From Opitutales bacterium (GTDB lineage: Bacteria; Verrucomicrobiota; Verrucomicrobiia; Opitutales; UBA2987), in NCBI GenBank assembly GCA_965226885.1, contig CBDDEL010000012.1, forward strand, positions 160,001-224,000: DNA of 64,000 nucleotides. Direction: 5' to 3'. Positions 57,919-64,000 of this stretch are shown one piece after another. Made by a program: the position numbers and the translations under genes. The stretch's first letter is position 1. Each line of letters starts with the position of its first letter. The notes beneath the pieces are model-generated. The model had not been told where the DNA came from. It saw nothing but the letters and a program-made list of their open reading frames with translations, and searched no databases.

Positions 57919-59220
57919 TCAGCCGATAAAAATACCGGCAAAAGTGGCGGTGGAGAGGGTGGCGCAGGTTCCCCCGATCAAAGCTCGCAAGGCGAAACGG
58001 GCCAGGTTTAAGCGCTGGCTGGGGGCCAGCACGGATATTCCACCTATCTGCACGGCCACTGAGGCAAAATTGGAAAAGCTGCAAAGGGCATAGGTAGCGA
58101 TTACGATAGATCGCTGATCGGTCAACGCGCCCTTTTCTATCAGTTCCGCCATCGAGATGTAGGAAACGGTCTGGGTCAGAACCATACCCTCGCCCAGCAA
58201 TTGACCGACCGCGAGCAGGCTGCCAGTGTCGACTCCCACGATAAAGGCGATTGGCGCGAAGAGGATGCCGAGGATAAACTGCAGGGTTAGCGCTTCATAA
58301 GCTCCCCCTGTTACATTGTAAATGATTGGATTGAGCCCCGTAACCGAACCAATCCAATGATTCGTGATGTGGTTCAGCATCGCGACCAAGGAGATGAAAA
58401 CGAGCACCATCGCCCCCACGTTTACAGCCAGGCGCACTCCTTGGGCGGTCCCGGTTGTGATTGAATCGAACAGGTTCAGCCCAACCGAACCCGACGGGAT
58501 TTGCAGGTCTCTGGAGACTGCTTCGCTCTCAGGAAGTAATAACTTGGCAAAAACAATGGCAGCCGGGGCCGACATGACGGAGGCGGCGATGAGATGCTTG
58601 CCAAACATGACTTGTTTTTCCAGGTCGTCCCCGCCCAGAATGAAAATATAGGCAACCAGCACACTGCCGGCGATGGTGGCCATGCCACCGGTCATGAGGC
58701 AGGCGAGCTCCGATCGGGTCATGCGTTCGAGGTATGGTTTAACAATCAGTGGCGCTTCGGTCTGGCCGATAAAAATGTTGGCCGCGGCAGCCAAACTTTC
58801 CGCACCAGACAGCCGCATGGTCTTGCTCATCAACCAGGCAAAAACAAAGACGATCTTTTGTAGTATGCCCAAATAATATAAAACAGAGGTGAGGGCGGAA
58901 AAGAAAACCACGGTCGGCAATATGCGAAAGCCCCAGACCGCCCCGATCTCGCGGCTTGTAACCAGATCTCCAAAAAGAAAACGACTTCCAACCGTTGAGA
59001 ATTCAAGGATGCTGACAAAAAAACGGGAACCGGCCTCGACCATGTATTCGACCAGGGAAACTTTCAGGATCAGGATGGCCAACGCCAGTTGCAGCAAAAG
59101 TCCACCCGCAATGAGACGCCAGTTGATCCCCTTTCGGTTTTCGCTTAAAGAGTAACAAATCAGCATAAGCGCCGAAAGGCCCAATATAGCCCGACCGACG
59201 CCACTCAAAAACTCCACCAT
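57919..59220 (-). CDS. NupC/CNT family nucleoside transporter 3
   Basis: FIGQTEAPL, GMATIAGSV, YALCSFSNFAS. Confidence 0.93.
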   Translation of the reverse strand: MVEFLSGVGRAILGLSALMLICYSLSENRKGINWRLIAGGLLLQLALAILILKVSLVEYMVEAGSRFFVSILEFSTVGSRFLFGDLVTSREIGAVWGFRILPTVVFFSALTSVLYYLGILQKIVFVFAWLMSKTMRLSGAESLAAAANIFIGQTEAPLIVKPYLERMTRSELACLMTGGMATIAGSVLVAYIFILGGDDLEKQVMFGKHLIAASVMSAPAAIVFAKLLLPESEAVSRDLQIPSGSVGLNLFDSITTGTAQGVRLAVNVGAMVLVFISLVAMLNHITNHWIGSVTGLNPIIYNVTGGAYEALTLQFILGILFAPIAFIVGVDTGSLLAVGQLLGEGMVLTQTVSYISMAELIEKGALTDQRSIVIATYALCSFSNFASVAVQIGGISVLAPSQRLNLARFALRALIGGTCATLSTATFAGIFIG

Positions 59221-59308
59221 TCCTGCTAGTAAAGGGAGAGACAGTCAGATGTCGAAAGAAAACCCAGCATGCGTTTTCTCGTTATACAGAAAAACAAGAG
59301 GTGTGACA

Positions 59309-60190
59309 TCAATCCCGGTAATATTCCGTTTCATCGACCAACTCGCCGTTTTGATTGAAGGCGTTGCCGAAAACATGGCCGGTGTAAAACTCCGATTTCG
59401 GATCTTGTTTGGGCAGACGGATATGACCCTGTTCGCTACGCACAACCTCTCGCCGGCGGCCGCACATTAACAAACCCGTGTCTTTCCACACCGTGTCGCT
59501 AATTTGATAAGCGTCATCGGCGCGGTATTCGAAAACAATGCCCCGGCGCGGTTTACCCGACAGATTGGCCGGTGAACCGTGCAATGTAAGGCCGTGATGT
59601 ATGCTGATCCCGCCGGTTTTAGGGATGATCTGCGCAACCTTGGATTCATCCTCCCAATAATGGCTTTCCTGGCACTCGGCCGTAAAAAGACCATCCACAG
59701 AATGGTTCAGGTATCCCAATTTATGGCTTCCCTTGACCATTTGCATACAGCCGTTTTCGGGGGTGGCATCGTCCAGCATAATCATTACGGCCAGCACTGA
59801 GGAGTTGGTGTGGGGAAAAAAGGCCAGGTCCTGATGCCATGCAAAGGTTCCCTTTCCCTTGGTCGGCGGCTTGGTTGCCAGTTTGGAATGCTGTAGCTGA
59901 ATGTCCGGGCCGATTAAGGGGACAAGCCGGTTCAAAATCCTTGGATCCCGCGCCAAATCCATAAAAATAGAATCCAATGTGGTGATTTCCAATAGGTGGA
60001 CCGCCTTGGTGGCATGCCCTCTCTGCTTCAGCTGTTCCTTAAGCGCATCGGATTCCGTGGCCCGGCGCAGCTCATCCACTTTCTCCATAGGGAAAACATC
60101 ATCGACAACCAAAAATCCATTTTCCTGGAATTCTTCGATTTGCCCTGTGGTTAAACCATCCTGGTCTTTGCGAATTGCTCTTTCAATCAT
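59309..60190 (-). CDS. PhyH-family Fe(II)/2OG dioxygenase 4
   Basis: FQENGF, KPP, WHQD, LDDATPENGC...GSH, LHGS..N....RR. Confidence 0.9.
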   Translation of the reverse strand: MIERAIRKDQDGLTTGQIEEFQENGFLVVDDVFPMEKVDELRRATESDALKEQLKQRGHATKAVHLLEITTLDSIFMDLARDPRILNRLVPLIGPDIQLQHSKLATKPPTKGKGTFAWHQDLAFFPHTNSSVLAVMIMLDDATPENGCMQMVKGSHKLGYLNHSVDGLFTAECQESHYWEDESKVAQIIPKTGGISIHHGLTLHGSPANLSGKPRRGIVFEYRADDAYQISDTVWKDTGLLMCGRRREVVRSEQGHIRLPKQDPKSEFYTGHVFGNAFNQNGELVDETEYYRD

Positions 60191-60659
60191 GGCTGTATCT
60201 CAAACGGGATTACCCGTATGATTGTGATGAATTAGTAAAATTAACGGCTTCTGGAGTTTTCGAGCGTATTTTGCTCTTTTCAGGTTCCTGCCACGCGTTG
60301 AGAGGGGATAAACGGGTTTACGTTTGCACTATTAACCACATTAATTTCCGGATTACCATCCTCTTTGGGAGTGAATGTCCTCATCAACTTCACTATAAGT
60401 GCATAGTATAAAAACGTTCCGGAATTTCGTTTGGCTTGTATGGGGTTTGACAGTTTGTTTATCCTCTTGGGTAACGCTCCACTTGACCGCGCCTACTTTT
60501 GATTTTACCACTCCCTAACTTATTCTTGTAGACAGGTCTTGACCCCTACCTAAACCTGACCACGTCCCCTGTGAAAATTTCACTTCCAGATTATTGGCTA
60601 TCTTTCGGTGGTAGTCCTAATTTACTGAAACCAAAACCTCATAAATTACTTCTAGGGGA

Positions 60660-61040
60660 TCAGTCATCCCTGACCACAGCAATACAATCGATTTCGAACT
60701 GAATTTTGTTAAGGCAACCGGTGAGTGTGGTGCGTGAGGGGAAGGGCTTTTTGAAATATTCTTTGTAGACCTCGTTGAAAACCGGCACCTGCTCCTTATC
60801 CCTGACATAGTTTCTTGTCTGCACCACATGCTGCAAGTCGCTGCCCGTATCCTCCAGGATCTTTTTCAAGTTTTCGATGGATCGGCGCACTTCACCTTCG
60901 AAAGTATCGGGGACAATGTTTCCCTCCGCATCAACTGACGCCTGTCCGGAAACAAAGAGGAAGCCGCCCGACTTCACGACAGGACTGAATGGGAGAAAAG
61001 AGACCGGAGTCCCTTCCTTTTCTGGATATTCAATGTTCAT
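60660..61040 (-). CDS. RidA/YjgF family protein
   Basis: PFS, LFVSGQ, NLKKILE, FNEVYKEYF..PFPSR, EIDCIA. Confidence 0.9.
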   Translation of the reverse strand: MNIEYPEKEGTPVSFLPFSPVVKSGGFLFVSGQASVDAEGNIVPDTFEGEVRRSIENLKKILEDTGSDLQHVVQTRNYVRDKEQVPVFNEVYKEYFKKPFPSRTTLTGCLNKIQFEIDCIAVVRDD

Positions 61041-61059
61041 AAAAATTAACCCTTACTAG

Positions 61060-61125
61060 CCGAGATTTCCCATATGAAAATTCATAATCGTTGAAAATTG
61101 CTACTTTCCAATATTTCGATCCAAT
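61060..61125. repeat. 66-bp dispersed repeat, copy 1 (upstream of ridA)
   Basis: 58/66 identical by manual ungapped alignment to 63825-63890. Confidence 0.85.
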
Positions 61126-61270
61126 TTTGCTTCTTCAATACGCTTTGGCAATTGTTTCTCCCTGAGAATGGCCACCTCGGTCATCTCTAACGGGGAGGTG
61201 AAATACTTGTCATGGTGGACCACCTATCGGAAAAGGATCAACCGGCGGTCTGGGTAAACCGCGCTTGTTT

Positions 61271-62575
61271 TTAATCCAACAAACCAATCCGGTAATGCTC
61301 TTCGCCGGATGAATCCAAAAAGCGAGCTTGCAGACTCGTCACCACCCCGGCGCGCTGTTCGGCTTCGAGGAGCATGAAGATGAAGGGGATGCCCATGTCC
61401 TTGATCAGGCCGGGATGCGGAACGTTGGCGGCCTTGATGATACGGCCGTGCATGGGGGTGCTGATAAGCTCATAGATATCATAACCTGCCAGTTCTTTGG
61501 TGTCATGAAGCAGCACACGAGAACGGTGGATGTCACCTCCTATCAGGACGACGCCACCGATCTTCTTTTCGCCGAGAAATTCGAACAGAGCCCGTCGTTC
61601 GTGAGGATAGCTGCCCCAATGGTCTAGTTTGCCAGGCCGGGTGGCTTCGTTCCAAATCATTCCACAGGCCAACACCTTGACTGGAGCGGTCGAGCTTTCA
61701 AGGCCCTCTCGCAGCCAATCCCATTGAGCTTGACCCAGCAGGGACGCGCGATGTCTCAGAAAGGGCGATGGTTCGGTCGCCGCGAAATAGCGGGTGTCCA
61801 GCAAAAAGACTTCGACCGGGCCGTAGCGAAATTTGGTGTAGATCCCATTTTCGCCATCCCCGTATGAAGGGTTGGCGTGATACTCGATAAAGGCGCGTCG
61901 CGAACGCTCTTTGCCGGGCAAACGCCCGTCCATGTTATCGGCGCCAAAGTCGTGATCATCCCAGGTGCCGTACCAGGGTGTTGAGTGCAGCAGCTTCGCC
62001 ATGGCCTCAACGCTGGCGAAGTCGGCGTATCGGGCCCGTTGTTTGTCCAGCTCTGTGGTGTCGATGTATGGGGTGTCGCCCAGCAATACCACGGCATCGA
62101 TCTCTTCGCGCGCCGCTTGCTTCCACAACTGGTTGGTGCCGGGATCTTCATAGGCGCAGGAACCAAAAAAGAGGCGAGTCGAGCCATCGGCAGTCGGCTC
62201 GGGCGCGGTGCGGAAGCCGTAGTTTTCGACCAGCGTCTTCCTGTCGGAGTCTTTGATGAGGTAAGTGTACTCGTGATTGGGAGAGAGGCCGTCAACAGTC
62301 CAAACCATGCACAAATCGCGATCCGTTGACGCCGACCCTTGGAAGGATCGCATCGTTACCTGGTCGTCGCGAACATCAAGCGTGTAATTCCCGGCCGTCC
62401 GGACCCGCGCCCAGATAAAGACGCGGTTCGGTTCGGTATGCCCAATGAACGGCCCCTGTAACAGACCGGATACAGGCGACGCCCCAGAATTCTCAGACGC
62501 AGCCATCCCCGATTCATCCGCCAGAGCAATTAAAGATAATCCGGCAATCCAACCTATGAAGGTGTTACATCTCAT
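61271..62575 (-). CDS. PhoD-like alkaline phosphatase/phosphodiesterase
   Basis: FGSC, LGDTPY, WDDHD, LDTR, LLGQAQW.WL, GDIH; signal peptide. Confidence 0.88.
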   Translation of the reverse strand: MRCNTFIGWIAGLSLIALADESGMAASENSGASPVSGLLQGPFIGHTEPNRVFIWARVRTAGNYTLDVRDDQVTMRSFQGSASTDRDLCMVWTVDGLSPNHEYTYLIKDSDRKTLVENYGFRTAPEPTADGSTRLFFGSCAYEDPGTNQLWKQAAREEIDAVVLLGDTPYIDTTELDKQRARYADFASVEAMAKLLHSTPWYGTWDDHDFGADNMDGRLPGKERSRRAFIEYHANPSYGDGENGIYTKFRYGPVEVFLLDTRYFAATEPSPFLRHRASLLGQAQWDWLREGLESSTAPVKVLACGMIWNEATRPGKLDHWGSYPHERRALFEFLGEKKIGGVVLIGGDIHRSRVLLHDTKELAGYDIYELISTPMHGRIIKAANVPHPGLIKDMGIPFIFMLLEAEQRAGVVTSLQARFLDSSGEEHYRIGLLD

Positions 62576-62600
62576 CGTTTATCATCCTTTCCCAATTTAA

Positions 62601-63812
62601 TCACTTCGCTCCCGCCTGGTTCACGATTATTCGTTGCCGCGCTGTGGGCGAAACAAACGCACCCTGCGCGACATCCTCTTCCGTGAAAACACAAAGGTGT
62701 ATAGCCTTGTCCTTGTAACGATTGTAATCGTATATCAGGTATATCTTGCCATCCGGCGCTTGCACCCCATCCGGGTAGGACACCGCAAGCCGCTCGTCGA
62801 TGATCAAGCCGCCGTGCCATGTCTGCCCGTCATCATCGGAAAGATACGCCGTCAAACGGCTGCGTTGTTTCCAGGAACCTTCCACTTCGCCTGCTTCGAG
62901 CCACGCCGTATCCATGTCCGGGTTGTGCTTGACCAGTAGCAACCGTCCCGAGTCCAGCCGTCGTATGAAAAACCGTGCCGCCAGATGCGGTATCGACGAT
63001 GGCTGGCCCGGACTCCAGGTTTTTCCCCGGTCCGTCGAAATACTCTCGCCAATGCCATACTGAGTGCGTACCAGCATCCACAAGCTCCTGTCTTCGCGCT
63101 CGATAATCATGTGCTCTTCAAAACGAACCTCAGGCACATGGGCAGTGCCCAGCAATTCAAACGTCTCCCCCTTGTCCCGTGACAAATAAACATGCGCACC
63201 GGTCTTCGATTCATCCCACTGCAAATACTTATCTGGAATAAACCGATCGCTGGTCGGATCGTTGACCGGCTTATGACCCCAGCCGGCAATCGGAAAAAGC
63301 CACTCGCCTGAAGCCAGCACTGTTGGCTTGTTCATCATGATCCCATCGCCGATCCGTCTCGGTTTCGACCACCGCGGGTTTTCGTCTCCGGGATTTTCCG
63401 CAACTATCGCCCAGACTCCCCCACGTCCATCCCACCAACTGTAGGATTGCGCGTAGATAAGCCAGAGCCGTCCCTCCGAATCGAGCCACAACGTGGGATC
63501 GTAAGTGCGCACCAACCCTTCACCATCGGCCACCAACTTCAAATCCGACCAGTTCCTGCCGTCATCCCCGCTTGTGACCGCCATCACATAATTTTCCGGG
63601 CCTTCGCCGTCGCCCCCGCCGTACCACACCGCCCACAAGCGTCCATTCGCCGCGCGCACGATTCCCGGGATGCCCTGAAACCCCCGCGCTGCCCCCGCAT
63701 ACTGAGGGCCGGGAGTCGTATGAATTGTGGCTGGAAGCATCGCCGGATCAGTCATCATATAGGACGTCGAACAAATCGAAAGAAACACAATAATTACAAC
63801 TGTTGCGCGCAT
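62601..63812 (-). CDS. Sialidase-like/BNR repeat exported protein
   Basis: Asp-boxes SGDDGRNW, SRDKGETF, STDRGKTW, SDDDGQTW; SYPD. Confidence 0.85.
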   Translation of the reverse strand: MRATVVIIVFLSICSTSYMMTDPAMLPATIHTTPGPQYAGAARGFQGIPGIVRAANGRLWAVWYGGGDGEGPENYVMAVTSGDDGRNWSDLKLVADGEGLVRTYDPTLWLDSEGRLWLIYAQSYSWWDGRGGVWAIVAENPGDENPRWSKPRRIGDGIMMNKPTVLASGEWLFPIAGWGHKPVNDPTSDRFIPDKYLQWDESKTGAHVYLSRDKGETFELLGTAHVPEVRFEEHMIIEREDRSLWMLVRTQYGIGESISTDRGKTWSPGQPSSIPHLAARFFIRRLDSGRLLLVKHNPDMDTAWLEAGEVEGSWKQRSRLTAYLSDDDGQTWHGGLIIDERLAVSYPDGVQAPDGKIYLIYDYNRYKDKAIHLCVFTEEDVAQGAFVSPTARQRIIVNQAGAK

Positions 63813-63824
63813 GGTTGATCTTCA

Positions 63825-63890
63825 CCGAGATTTCCCAAATGAGTATTCAAAATCGTTGAGAATAGCAACTTTCGAATATTTCGATCCAAT
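63825..63890. repeat. 66-bp dispersed repeat, copy 2 (upstream of the BNR protein gene)
   Basis: 58/66 identical to 61060-61125. Confidence 0.85.
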
Positions 63891-64000
63891 CGGCAGTATT
63901 TAACAATTATTGCTGAATTCCCTTTTGCTTGGTCAAACCAAGGAAGGATCTTTCCCTCTGTTGGAGGTTCCCACAGCACTGGTTCCTTTTGTATCGAAAT

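Noticed and set aside
63794..63979. 61-aa ORF at the window end
   Set aside because: No motif, overlaps the repeated upstream element and the next gene's start; may be non-coding or the tail of a gene outside the window
1..64000. CRISPR arrays, tRNA, rRNA, prophage or integrase
   Set aside because: No regularly spaced repeats, cloverleaf or rRNA signatures, or phage genes were seen

Overview
Bacterial genomic window, probably Verrucomicrobiota (Opitutae-like; inferred from the ilvN-ilvC-hemC-hemD-trpF block and protein style, not verified). (1) 1-11 kb: a phytase / myo-inositol catabolic cluster (PepSY-phytase, iolB, iolD, transaldolase-family gene) broken up by insertion sequences (a partial IS, IS1, IS21, IS630). 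(2) 11-15 kb: housekeeping genes trpF, hemD, hemC, ilvC, ilvN, followed by IS1380. (3) 16.8-26 kb: an ATP-grasp/methyltransferase fusion, an uncharacterised four-gene MotA/ExbB + degenerate Hsp70-FHA + two Asp-TM-vWA operon, and three lipoproteins. (4) 26-62.6 kb: a very large nucleoside/nucleotide utilisation island. It has a TonB-dependent receptor, 5'-nucleotidase, three NupC transporters, three NUP-family proteins, signal-peptide-bearing adenine deaminase, ADA2-like deaminase and two MTAP/MTIP-like phosphorylases, two uridine phosphorylases, cytidine deaminase, psuG/psuK, four PhyH and one IPNS-type Fe(II)/2OG dioxygenases, a divergent HisI paralogue, NUDIX, cupins, RidA and PhoD. The best candidate novel system is this island, read as a periplasm-plus-cytoplasm pathway for scavenging modified RNA nucleosides; the second is the vWA-tipped MotA/ExbB-type motor. 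No rRNA, tRNA or CRISPR array was seen. All product calls come from motif recognition by eye, not database searches.
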